DNA from: an uncultured Candidatus Saccharibacteria bacterium
Lineage (GTDB): Bacteria; Patescibacteriota; JAQUNI01
NCBI GenBank assembly: GCA_964555185.1
Contig: CAZKRD010000005.1
Location: forward strand, 1 to 54,576
Reading direction: 5' to 3'
Length of the DNA: 54,576 nt
In this document: piece after piece, positions 43,830 to 51,534 of the stretch
How the letters are laid out: every line of letters starts with the position of its first letter
Position numbering within the stretch: position 1 is the stretch's first letter
The notes under the pieces: model-generated
Databases searched by the model: none
What the model saw: the letters and a program-made list of their open reading frames with translations, nothing else
What the model was told of the DNA's origin: nothing
Program-made: the position numbers and the translations under genes

Positions 43830-44620
43830 TTCCTTATCAAGTGATTGATAAAATCAGTCTTGGTCCGATTACGATTTATACTTGGGGCCTTTTGGTTGGT
43901 CTCGGGTTTTTATTGGCCTGGCTTTGGGCCCTCTATCAGGCAAAGAAATACAAATTTGATCCCGGCAAGATAACGAACTTGGTATTTTTGATTGTTGGCG
44001 GAGCCGTTTTAGGAGCGAGGCTTCTTTTTGTTTTGGAGAATTATGAACTTTTCGTTGGAGATTTTTGGGGCATCTTTAAGTTGTGGCAGGGCGGGATGTC
44101 TTATTACGGCGGTTTTATCGGCGGGGTTTTAGCCGCTCTGATTTATCTCAAACAGGCCAAGCTAGAGATTAAGAAGGTTTTAGACATTTTAGCGCAGAGT
44201 ACCGCTTTGGGGATTGCGGTTGGCCGGATTGGCTGTTTTTTAATTAACGACCACTTGGGAGGAATAACCAGTCTCCCTTGGGGGATTAGACACCTTGACC
44301 AGAGCGTTCGCCATCCGGTTGCCCTCTATCTTTCCCTTTCGGGCTTGCTTTGTTTTATTTTTTTGATTATAATAAAAAGATATATTAAAACAAAGGGTTT
44401 GCTTCTCTGTTTGTTTCTGTTCTGGTATGGCTTGTTGCGTTTCCTGCTTGATTTCACCCGTTCCAAAGAAACCCATCTTCCTTTTACAGACAAGCACTAT
44501 TTAGGGCTTACCTTGTCACAATATATTAGTATCGGGGTATTTCTGGTTGCGATTGGCTTGTTTTTGAGCTGGAAGGCAAAGCGCAAAGTGACAAAGGCAA
44601 AACAACAACTTACATTTTGA
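43826..44620 (+). CDS. lgt: Prolipoprotein diacylglyceryl transferase
   Basis: WQGGMSYYGGFIGGVLA, GRIGCFLINDHLGG and HPVALY. Polytopic. Confidence 0.9.
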   Translation: MIPYQVIDKISLGPITIYTWGLLVGLGFLLAWLWALYQAKKYKFDPGKITNLVFLIVGGAVLGARLLFVLENYELFVGDFWGIFKLWQGGMSYYGGFIGGVLAALIYLKQAKLEIKKVLDILAQSTALGIAVGRIGCFLINDHLGGITSLPWGIRHLDQSVRHPVALYLSLSGLLCFIFLIIIKRYIKTKGLLLCLFLFWYGLLRFLLDFTRSKETHLPFTDKHYLGLTLSQYISIGVFLVAIGLFLSWKAKRKVTKAKQQLTF

Positions 44621-44647
44621 TAGTTGATATTAAATTAAACCAAAAAA

Positions 44648-45487
44648 ATGCTTAAAGAATCTAAAGAATTAAACAAACTTGATAAGCTCCACCGTGAACG
44701 AACCCGCTGGGTTACGACCACTTGGGTCTTCGGGACCCTGTTCGCGATTTCAGTGGTTGCCGTTGTCACCCTGGGTATTTCCGCGTTTAAGCAGGGAACC
44801 TTAAAGGGAGCAAAAACAGCAACAGAGGAGCCACCAAAGGAGGCCCAAGAGGAAGCGGAGCCGGAAAAACAAGAAATTGCAGAGGCGGTCAAAGCAGTTG
44901 CTGACGCCACTGTTGACGATGATGCGATGAAAGGTTCTCCTGACGCTCCGGTAACCATAATAGAGTTTTCTGATTTTCTCTGTCCTTTCTGCGCTGTTTC
45001 TGCTGGGTTTCGGGATGATTTGGCCACTCAAATGAAAACGCGAGACGAGACCTGGGAAGCGGCTGTACCCAAAATTCTGGAGAACTATTTAGAAAGCGGC
45101 GATGTGCGATTTGTTTTCCGAGACTGTCCTTTCCACAGCGGAGGATCAGTGAGGGCTTCGGAAGCGACAGAGTGCGCTCGGGACCAGGACAAATATTGGG
45201 AAATGCATGATTTGTTGTTCTTGCGCCAAGAAGATTTTCCCGAAGAAGAAGCGGCGATCAATGACTTTTTGGCTTCTCTAGCCGAAGAATTAGAATTAGA
45301 GCCGGAAGCTTTCAAGACCTGCCTAGAAGAAGGCAAGTACACGGCCGAAGTACAGCATGATTTAGAGGAAGCCAAGGCCGCGGGCGTTACCGGTACGCCG
45401 ACCTATTTCATCAACGGCCACAAGCTTGTGGGCGCCCAAGGGTTTGCCGCTTTTGCCGAGATCATTGAAGAAGAGTTGAATAAATAA
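44648..45487 (+). CDS. DsbA-family thiol:disulfide oxidoreductase, membrane-anchored
   Basis: TM near the N-terminus. GSPDAPVTIIEFSDFLCPFCA (CPFC active site). GVTGTPTYFINGHKL. Confidence 0.85.
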   Translation: MLKESKELNKLDKLHRERTRWVTTTWVFGTLFAISVVAVVTLGISAFKQGTLKGAKTATEEPPKEAQEEAEPEKQEIAEAVKAVADATVDDDAMKGSPDAPVTIIEFSDFLCPFCAVSAGFRDDLATQMKTRDETWEAAVPKILENYLESGDVRFVFRDCPFHSGGSVRASEATECARDQDKYWEMHDLLFLRQEDFPEEEAAINDFLASLAEELELEPEAFKTCLEEGKYTAEVQHDLEEAKAAGVTGTPTYFINGHKLVGAQGFAAFAEIIEEELNK

Positions 45488-45520
45488 GGGCGAGACGGGG
45501 TAAGGCGATTTAATCCAAAC

Positions 45521-45549
45521 AAAAAATCCCTATTTTTGGGGACTTTTTT
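45521..45549. terminator. Bidirectional terminator
   Basis: TCCCTA (45527-45532) and TGGGGA (45537-45542, one G-U) form the stem, flanked by A6 and T6, between convergent dsbA-like and rplT. Confidence 0.6.
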
Positions 45550-45563
45550 ATTATTCATTTTTT

Positions 45564-45600
45564 CTGCCTTCGCTAAAGCTTCGGTAGATTTTGCCAGAGC
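45564..45600 (+). repeat. GC-rich island related to family C
   Basis: CTGCCTTCGCTAAAGCTTCGGTAGATTTTGCCAGAGC. It shares CCTTCGCT...AGCTTCGG with 47218-47238. Confidence 0.45.
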
Positions 45601-45601
45601 T

Positions 45602-45964
45602 TCATCCTGCGATATCTAATGTCTTCTGGACGATGTGAACGATTTTTTCAAAGGTGGCAGGATTGCTGGTTGTTAGCTTGGCCAGCATTTTGCGGTCCAG
45701 CTCTATTCTCGCCGAGGTCAGTCCATTGACAAAGCGTGAGTAAGAAAGGTCATATTTCTTCAAAGCGCCGTTAATTTGAGTGATCCAGAGTCTCCTAAAA
45801 TCCCGTTTTTTCCTTCTGCGGTCGCGGTAGGAATATTGGCCCGCTTTCAAATACGCTTCCTTGGCCCGTTTGAATTTGCGGGAGCGGGTTTTAAGGTATC
45901 CCTTCGTTTTTTTAGTGATTTTCTTATGGCGCCGGTGGGCGCGGACTCCTTTTTTAACTCTCAT
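45602..45964 (-). CDS. rplT: 50S ribosomal protein L20
   Basis: MRVKKGVRAHRRHKKI...YRDRRRKKRDFRRLWI. Confidence 0.95.
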   Translation of the reverse strand: MRVKKGVRAHRRHKKITKKTKGYLKTRSRKFKRAKEAYLKAGQYSYRDRRRKKRDFRRLWITQINGALKKYDLSYSRFVNGLTSARIELDRKMLAKLTTSNPATFEKIVHIVQKTLDIAG

Positions 45965-45979
45965 TATTTTATAAGCAAT

Positions 45980-46177
45980 TTAAAATGCGTGAGGCAGTAA
46001 TTTCCTAATTTTTTTTCGGGTTGCCCGGCTTACTGTTTTATTTTTTCTCTTTGCTCGCGTTTTTGTTGCCCTTTCTCGCGCGTTAAAATGATCCTGATGA
46101 GTGGTTCGTTGGATAATTTTCTTTTTAGGAGTTACTTTAATGCGCTTTGCGGCCGCTTTGTGTGTTTTAAGTTTCAT
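45980..46177 (-). CDS. rpmI: 50S ribosomal protein L35
   Basis: MKLKTHKAAAKRIKVTPKKKIIQR; 65 aa and basic. Confidence 0.9.
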   Translation of the reverse strand: MKLKTHKAAAKRIKVTPKKKIIQRTTHQDHFNARERATKTRAKRKNKTVSRATRKKIRKLLPHAF

Positions 46178-46206
46178 CTTATCTTTAGTTTCAGCGTTTC
46201 TTTTAC

Positions 46207-46692
46207 TTATTTACTCAAAATCATTATTATTCGGTGTCCCATTTTGCGGGGCCTTTGTTCAATTTTTGTTTTTTCTTCCAGTAGTTTGCGAAATTCATCC
46301 AATTCCCGGAAAGCCAAATCCAGGTGAGCGTGTTCCCGTCCCCGCAGGATTAGCTCTACTTTTATTTTATGTCCCTTTTGCAGGAACTTGTCTGCTTGGT
46401 TGGCCTTGAATTCAAGATCATGCTTTCCGATCCTTGGCGAGAGACGGATTCCTTTGATTCCTGTCTTTTTTTGTTTTTGTTTGGCCTTCTGTTCCTGTTT
46501 TTGCTTGCGGTATTGATATTTGCCGTAATCTAAAACCTTGCATACCGGCGGCTGGGCCCGCGGGGAAACTTCTACCAGATCTAAAGCCCGATCTTGGGCA
46601 ATTTGAAGCGCCCTCCTTGTTTCCACAATGCCGATTTGCTTATTTTTCTCATCAATCAACCTTACTTTAGGAGTTCTTATTTGGCTATTAAT
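46207..46692 (-). CDS. infC: Translation initiation factor IF-3 with a non-AUG start
   Basis: INSQIRTPKVRLIDEKNKQIGIV...LDLVEVSP...PVCKVLDYGKYQY. The listed TTG 46659 would cut the conserved N-terminus. The only upstream in-frame candidates are ATT/ATA (46692, 46728), so the 5' end is uncertain. Confidence 0.85.
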   Translation of the reverse strand: MNSQIRTPKVRLIDEKNKQIGIVETRRALQIAQDRALDLVEVSPRAQPPVCKVLDYGKYQYRKQKQEQKAKQKQKKTGIKGIRLSPRIGKHDLEFKANQADKFLQKGHKIKVELILRGREHAHLDLAFRELDEFRKLLEEKTKIEQRPRKMGHRIIMILSK

Positions 46693-46774
46693 CCTTGGCT
46701 TTCTTTGATAATTAAATCTTTTTTTAATTATTTTTTGTCTCTTAAAAATTATTTTAGGTTTTTCATTTTTTCTG

Positions 46775-47188
46775 TGGACATGATGGGAGTCGAACCCATG
46801 TCTGGAGAGCTAATTTAAAATTACTTTACAGATTTAGTTTGTTTAAAGGATTCGATTTCTGGCTTAAAAACAAACAAAACAGCCAGTAATCTATTTCAGT
46901 ATGGTGTTTTCGGATTATCTCTTCCTGAAAACAAGAAACAACCTATCCTGCAATTTGTGCCTCCGAGATTTACCTAGCAGGAGTTGGTAAAAGGAGGCGC
47001 CCTTAAGCTTTTTTAAGCAAGAGCAAAGGCAGGTGAAAGACGGGGAGCAAAAAGATTTGCTAGCCGTTCTTTGACCCTAGAAAATGTTTTGGCATTTATC
47101 CTTGTTTCGAGTTTTTTATGAGGGAGCACGAAACATTCCTCAATCTGAAAACCTTAAATTTATGCTTCCATCGAAGCCTGGCATGCCC
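46775..47188 (-). ncRNA. ssrA: tmRNA (SsrA)
   Basis: 5' GGGCATG pairs with 3' CATGTCC, giving a G3-U70 pair. GGCTTCGATGG follows the 5' acceptor strand. T-arm ATGGG-TTCGACT-CCCAT. PK1 is GAGG..GTTTCG..CCTC..CGAAAC. The tag frame ends ...PAFALA-TAA (stop 47015-47013). smpB lies immediately upstream. Confidence 0.85.
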
Positions 47189-47214
47189 CTTAATAAAATC
47201 AAAGATCAAAAGTC

Positions 47215-47246
47215 CCACCTTCGCTCACGAGCTTCGGCGGGCAGGC
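47215..47246 (+). repeat. GC-rich repeat family C copy
   Basis: CCACCTTCGCTCACGAGCTTCGGCGGGCAGGC matches 21839-21870 at 28/32 positions. It lies between smpB and ssrA. Confidence 0.65.
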
Positions 47247-47293
47247 AAAAATGCATTTTGGGTCGAGATTTTTGGTTTATGATAAATTTCTGC

Positions 47294-47743
47294 TTAGAGT
47301 GATGTTCTCAAGGTCCGTTCTATTCTTCTCTTCGCTTCTTTTCTCTTAATATCTTGCCGTTTATCTCGTTTCTTTTTGCCGCGCGCTACACCAAATTTCA
47401 GCTTAATGAAACCTCTTTTAGTATACACGCAAATAGGCATTAATGTCAATCCCTTTTGTTTCAGCTTGCCGAGTAAGGATTTGATTTCCTTTTTATGCAA
47501 TAATAGTTTGCGGTCTTTTTTTGGCTTATAATCAGGAATACTCGCTTTTTGATACAAGCCAATATGAGAGCCGACTAGTACAACTTCCTGGTTTTGATCA
47601 ATTCTAATATATGCCCCTTTCAGGCTTAACTGACCTGCTTTTGCCGCTTTTGCTTCATTACCTTTCAATACTAAACCGGCCTCAAAGGTTTCGAGGATCT
47701 CATAGTCTCTTTTTACTTGTCGATTAAAAGCTAGTGTCTTCAT
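47294..47743 (-). CDS. smpB: SsrA-binding protein
   Basis: NRQVKRDYEILETFEAGLVLKGNEAKAAK ... basic C-terminal tail. Confidence 0.95.
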   Translation of the reverse strand: MKTLAFNRQVKRDYEILETFEAGLVLKGNEAKAAKAGQLSLKGAYIRIDQNQEVVLVGSHIGLYQKASIPDYKPKKDRKLLLHKKEIKSLLGKLKQKGLTLMPICVYTKRGFIKLKFGVARGKKKRDKRQDIKRKEAKRRIERTLRTSL

Positions 47744-47827
47744 GTTTTTATTGTATCATATTTGTTGGCATTATTGCCAAGGGGGGCGATTTTGGTTATA
47801 CTATAAATAAAGAGAGATATAATATAT

Positions 47828-49432
47828 ATGAAAGAAGAAATCAAAAAACTAATCGAAGCTTCTTTAAAAGAAGTTAAGGAATTAAAAGACCTCAAAACAC
47901 CAGAGATCAGCTTGGAGCATCCCCGGGAGGAGAAATATGGCGATTGGTCCGCTAACATCGCTCTAAAGATTGCCGCCAAAGCTCAAAAGCCGGCGATGGA
48001 GGTTGGAAAAGAATTAGTCGGAATTATGAACAAGAAAATTGTTCATGATGATTTGGCTAAAATTGACTTAGTTAAGCCAGGTTTCATCAATTTCCATATC
48101 GCGAAGAAACGTTTAGACCAAGAGCTTGCGGACCTCTTAAAGTCCGGCAATCATTATGGAAAAAGCGATCAAGGCAGGGGCAAGAAGGTGATGGTGGAGT
48201 TTATCTCGGCAAATCCAACCGGGCCTTTGACTTTAGGCAATGCCCGCGGCGGTTTTATGGGTGATGTTATCGCAAGGGTTTTGGACTTTGCAGGCCATAA
48301 AGTTTACAGAGAGTATTATTTTAACGATAGCGGCAAGCAGATTGAAGCTTTGGGCCATTCTGTCTTAAAAGACAAGCAGGCATCTTACAAGGGAGAGTAC
48401 ATTGATGATCTCCATAAAAGAAATAAACTAAAAGATCCAGTCAAAGTGGGCGAGTGGGCGAGCAAGATTATTCTTTCCGAGATGATTAAGAAGACAGTTA
48501 AAAGAATGAAGATCAATTTTGACACCTGGTTTTCTGAAAAGAGCCTTTATGACCAGGGTAAACCCCAGGAGATTATAGAAGAATTAGATAAGAAAGGGTT
48601 GCTTAAGGACAAAGACGGCGCGCGCTGGCTTGTTTTATCCAAATTTAATTATGGTCCGAAAAAGAAGGAGAAGAAGGACTGCGTACTCGTCAAAAGCGAT
48701 GGGAAGTTTACTTATCTTGCCGGCGATATTGCCTATCACAAGAACAAGTTTTTTGAGCGAAAGTTCGATCAAGTGATTAATCTCTGGGGTGCTGATCATT
48801 ATGATGATACTTTTCGTCTCCAGGCTGGTGTAGAGGCGATAGGAATCAAACCAGAAGAGAGATTAAAGCTGATTATTTTCCAATTTGTCCGTTTGCTTCG
48901 CGACAAGAAAGAGGTGAGAATGTCTAAACGCAAAGGGACTTATGTCACTATTGACGAGCTTCTAGATGAAATCAGTTTGGATGTTGCCCGGTTTTTCTTT
49001 TTAATGTATGACCCCAATAGTCATATGGATTTTGATTTGAGCCTTGCCCGCGATACTTCAGAGAAAAATCCGGTTTATTATATCCAATACGCCTACGCCC
49101 GGATTCGCAGTATTGTCCGTGAAATAGGCGCGGCGCCCTCCCAAAGGGTCAACCTCACCCGACTAAAGCACAAAACTGAACTTTCTTTAATCCGGCATCT
49201 GATTAAATTCCCCGAACTGATCGCGGAAGTCAGCAGGAGTTATCAGGTCCATCGCCTCCCTTATTATGCTTTGAGTCTTGCCGAGAAATTCCATAGATTT
49301 TACAAACAATGCCGGGTAATCGGGGAGGATAAGGAATTGTCCCAGGCGCGTCTGGCTTTGATTCAAGCAACTCAAACAGTCTTGAGGAATGTTTTGACCT
49401 TAATGGGCATTTCCACCCCAGAGAAGATGTGA
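47828..49432 (+). CDS. argS: Arginine--tRNA ligase
   Basis: EFISANPTGPL.LG.ARGG, RMSKRKGTYV, YIQYAYARIRSI and a C-terminal Met. The HIGH position reads LTLGN. Confidence 0.95.
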   Translation: MKEEIKKLIEASLKEVKELKDLKTPEISLEHPREEKYGDWSANIALKIAAKAQKPAMEVGKELVGIMNKKIVHDDLAKIDLVKPGFINFHIAKKRLDQELADLLKSGNHYGKSDQGRGKKVMVEFISANPTGPLTLGNARGGFMGDVIARVLDFAGHKVYREYYFNDSGKQIEALGHSVLKDKQASYKGEYIDDLHKRNKLKDPVKVGEWASKIILSEMIKKTVKRMKINFDTWFSEKSLYDQGKPQEIIEELDKKGLLKDKDGARWLVLSKFNYGPKKKEKKDCVLVKSDGKFTYLAGDIAYHKNKFFERKFDQVINLWGADHYDDTFRLQAGVEAIGIKPEERLKLIIFQFVRLLRDKKEVRMSKRKGTYVTIDELLDEISLDVARFFFLMYDPNSHMDFDLSLARDTSEKNPVYYIQYAYARIRSIVREIGAAPSQRVNLTRLKHKTELSLIRHLIKFPELIAEVSRSYQVHRLPYYALSLAEKFHRFYKQCRVIGEDKELSQARLALIQATQTVLRNVLTLMGISTPEKM

Positions 49433-49440
49433 TCTATTTA

Positions 49441-49530
49441 ATTTCAAAGCCCAAAGTTCAAATGCTAAATCAAGTTCAAAGTCCAAATGCCAAACTTTCA
49501 GATTTTGGATTTTGATGTTGATTTTCAACC
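49441..49530. repeat. AT-rich CAAAG/TTTTG strand-switch repeat block
   Basis: Left half TTTCAAAGCCCAAAGTTCAAATGCTAAATCAAGTTCAAAGTCCAAATGCCAAAC. Right half GATTTTGGATTTTGATGTTGATTTTC. It shares the 13-mer TTCAAAGTCCAAA (49475-49487) with 33922-33934. Confidence 0.65.
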
Positions 49531-49614
49531 TGAGAAATTTTACGATTTTTAAAGAACCTAATTTGACATTTGCCTCGCCTGCCGGGAGGCAGGGATTTTG
49601 TTATTTGAAATTTC

Positions 49615-50787
49615 ATGCATATTGGTATTGATTGCCGGGCAATGCTGGGCAAGGGAGGGATTGCCCACTACACCTACAATCTAGTTAAGAACCTTCTAAT
49701 TCAGGACAGAAAAAATAATTATGTCCTTTTTTTTGACGCTAAGATGAGCCAAAGTCTAGGAAATACACTTGAACAACTTCATTGTTCAATAAAGTATTTC
49801 CCGGGATCAGATTTTAAAAAAGTCCTTCCTTTCATTTATACTCATTTTGTAATTGGCAATTTTTTGAATAGACAAAAATTAGATTTGTTCCATGCTCCCA
49901 CTGGCTCCCTCCCGCTGACTTACAGAGGCAAGGCAGTGATTACAATTCATGATTTGGCGATTTACAAGCATCCAGAATGGTTTCCTTCGGGTCAATGGTT
50001 TTCCAAAAAAATAGTGGTGCCTCGGTCTTTGAAAAAAGCAGACAAAATCATTGCTGTTTCGGAAAACACCAAGCAAGATATTATTGACTTGTTTCAAATT
50101 CCAGAGCACAAGATTCAAGTAATTTATGAAGCCTCCTCTCTGTCATCGCGAGGAGGAGGGCAAAGCCCGACGAGGCCTGCCTGCCGGAGCCAGGGCTCCG
50201 GCAGGAAGCAATCTCCTTTAGAGACAAAACTGCACAATTTAGATAATTATATTCTATTTATTGGTACCCTAGAGCCCAGAAAGAATCTAACCCGTTTGTT
50301 AAAAGCTTTTGCGTTGTATTGCCGCAAATATCCGAAAAAAACCGAGAAATTAGTCATTATTGGGGGAGAGGGGTGGAAATTTGAGCCAATTTATCAGGCT
50401 GTTGTGGATTTAAAGCTCAAAACCAGGGTAGTTTTCACTGGTTATGTTTCGGAAAAGAGGAAAACAGAGCTCTTAAAGGGGGCGAAAGCCCTTGTTTTTC
50501 CTTCGCTTTATGAGGGTTTTGGCCTGCCGGCCCTAGAGGCAATGAGTTTAGGGGTTCCCGTGATTTGCAGTAATAACAGCGCCTTAGGAGAAATCAGCAA
50601 TCAAGCCGCTTTTCTTGTTAATCCGCGGGACATTAGGTCTATCTTCAGAGGATTGGCAAGAGTTTTACCTGATAAAGCTCTAAGGGAGGAGTTAAAAGAA
50701 AGGGGACTTGCCAGAGCCCGATTGTTTTCTTGGTCAAAATGCGCCCGAGAGACCCTAAAAGTTTTCAAATCAACAATTAAAAGTTAA
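49615..50787 (+). CDS. GT4-family glycosyltransferase carrying an in-frame repeat insertion
   Basis: MHIGIDCR..., ILFIGTLEPRKN and EGFGLPALEAMSLGVPVICSNNSALGEI. Confidence 0.85.
   Translation: MHIGIDCRAMLGKGGIAHYTYNLVKNLLIQDRKNNYVLFFDAKMSQSLGNTLEQLHCSIKYFPGSDFKKVLPFIYTHFVIGNFLNRQKLDLFHAPTGSLPLTYRGKAVITIHDLAIYKHPEWFPSGQWFSKKIVVPRSLKKADKIIAVSENTKQDIIDLFQIPEHKIQVIYEASSLSSRGGGQSPTRPACRSQGSGRKQSPLETKLHNLDNYILFIGTLEPRKNLTRLLKAFALYCRKYPKKTEKLVIIGGEGWKFEPIYQAVVDLKLKTRVVFTGYVSEKRKTELLKGAKALVFPSLYEGFGLPALEAMSLGVPVICSNNSALGEISNQAAFLVNPRDIRSIFRGLARVLPDKALREELKERGLARARLFSWSKCARETLKVFKSTIKS
50141..50215 (+). repeat. GC-rich repeat family A copy inside the GT4 CDS (75 nt)
   Basis: TGTCATCGCGAGGAGG...GGAAGCAATCTC with a perfect 11-bp hairpin CCTGCCGGAGC (50180-50190) / GCTCCGGCAGG (50195-50205). 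Encodes SSRGGGQSPTRPACRSQGSGRKQS. Confidence 0.65.
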
Positions 50788-50832
50788 AAATTCTTCTTGT
50801 CAAGGCCTTTTTTATGGATTTCTGTGGATGAA

Positions 50833-50866
50833 ATTGCTAATTTTGTAAAAAGTTAGCAATTTTTTG
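50833..50866 (+). terminator. Rho-independent terminator
   Basis: ATTGCTAATTTT (50833-50844) pairs with AAAAGTTAGCAAT (50848-60), about 12 bp including one G-U, with a GTAA loop, followed by T5. Confidence 0.75.
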
Positions 50867-50883
50867 ATTGAAATTTGGTATTG

Positions 50884-51095
50884 GGCCTGCCCGCTTCACT
50901 TTGCTTTCCGAAAAGCCGGAGCGGGGCAAGTCCTCGTGAGACAGCAAGCAATTTCCAAACCGTAATGAATAAACCACATGAAGATTTGAATTGTCAATAT
51001 CGGATACCGTAAATCCGGAAATACCCTTTGTGTCTATTAGCGAGGAGCGACCAAAGCCACCCTTCGGGTGGTCACCCGGTATCGGTGGCAATTTC
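50884..51095 (+). repeat. Cluster of GC-rich islands including family-A-like copies
   Basis: 50884-50956 ends in a right-terminus-like GCAAGCAATTTCC. 51031-51095 starts left-terminus-like TGTCTATTAGCGAGGAGCGA and ends GCAATTTC. It contains the CCACCC-TTCG-GGTGG hairpin. Confidence 0.5.
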
Positions 51096-51430
51096 GCGAT
51101 ATTCTGTGAAGTTGTTTTTTTAAAAAGATCCATTTGAGTCTATCCGATACTGTTTTTTTGAACTTTTTTGAACTATTTTTCGTTGTTTATTTTTAGAATT
51201 TTTGAAAGAGTAATTTTTATCCGATTTTGCTAACTTTTTTGATAAAAACCATTTATTTTCTTGTTTAAAACTGTGGATAAACTTAAAGAAAACAGGGCAA
51301 ACAAAAAAATCTTCTTTCTTTGGCTTAAATAGGGGAACATTTAGGGCATTCAATTTAGCTTATTTACCCTTCAAATTTCTCCTTTTTTATGCTATAATTA
51401 ATATCGGATAACCGATCATTGATATCGGGT
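50998..51430. promoter_or_regulatory. Recurrent 9-mer TATCGGATA/TATCCGATA sites
   Basis: Perfect copies at 50998-51006, 51141-51149 (complement) and 51402-51410. Near copies at 51218-51226 (TATCCGATT) and 51422-51430 (TATCGGGTG). ATCGGATAACCGAT at 51403-51416. Confidence 0.4.
51370..51398 (+). promoter_or_regulatory. Sigma70-like promoter for the terminal long ORF
   Basis: TTCAAA (51370-51375), 17-nt spacer, TATAAT (51393-51398). The predicted TSS falls within the 51402-51416 motif pair. Confidence 0.35.
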
Positions 51431-51534
51431 GAAACAAAACTGGATTTCACTCTATCAAAACACGGATTTCCAGATAATTTCAAGTGATTTTCAATGAGTT
51501 TTCTGGAGAGAAAATAAAAAATAAAAAACCCTTA

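Noticed and set aside
46088-46409. Listed + strand ORFs of 79 and 102 aa
   Set aside because: They are antisense to rpmI and infC, which are unambiguous.
47084-47302. Listed 72-aa + strand ORF
   Set aside because: It overlaps the tmRNA gene and the smpB-ssrA spacer repeat on the opposite strand.
33893-49530. AT-rich repeat blocks (33893-33993, 36286-36343, 36704-36747, 39801-39850, 49441-49530) as possible CRISPR arrays
   Set aside because: There are no regularly spaced identical repeats separated by unique spacers. The units are 5-10 nt and contiguous. No cas genes are present.
50915-50950. GGGGCAAGTCCTCGTGAGACAGC resembling the RNase P RNA CR-I motif (GAGGAAAGUCC)
   Set aside because: None of the other universally conserved RNase P blocks (for example GGUAAGAGCGCACC-type and ACAGAA..CGGCUUA) could be found on either strand nearby.
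50823-51280. Possible oriC: a perfect DnaA box TGTGGATAA at 51272-51280, a one-mismatch box TGTGGATGA at 50823-50831, and an AT-rich tandem 10-mer at 51154-51173
   Set aside because: Only one perfect box and one near box occur in 450 bp. No dnaA or dnaN is nearby. The dominant repeated motif (TATCGGATA) is not a DnaA box. A GC-skew analysis of the whole contig would settle the question.
50837-51353. Listed minus-strand ORFs of 98 and 77 aa
   Set aside because: They run through GC-rich repeat debris and Lys-rich AT-rich sequence, with no SD or motifs. The region is better treated as non-coding.
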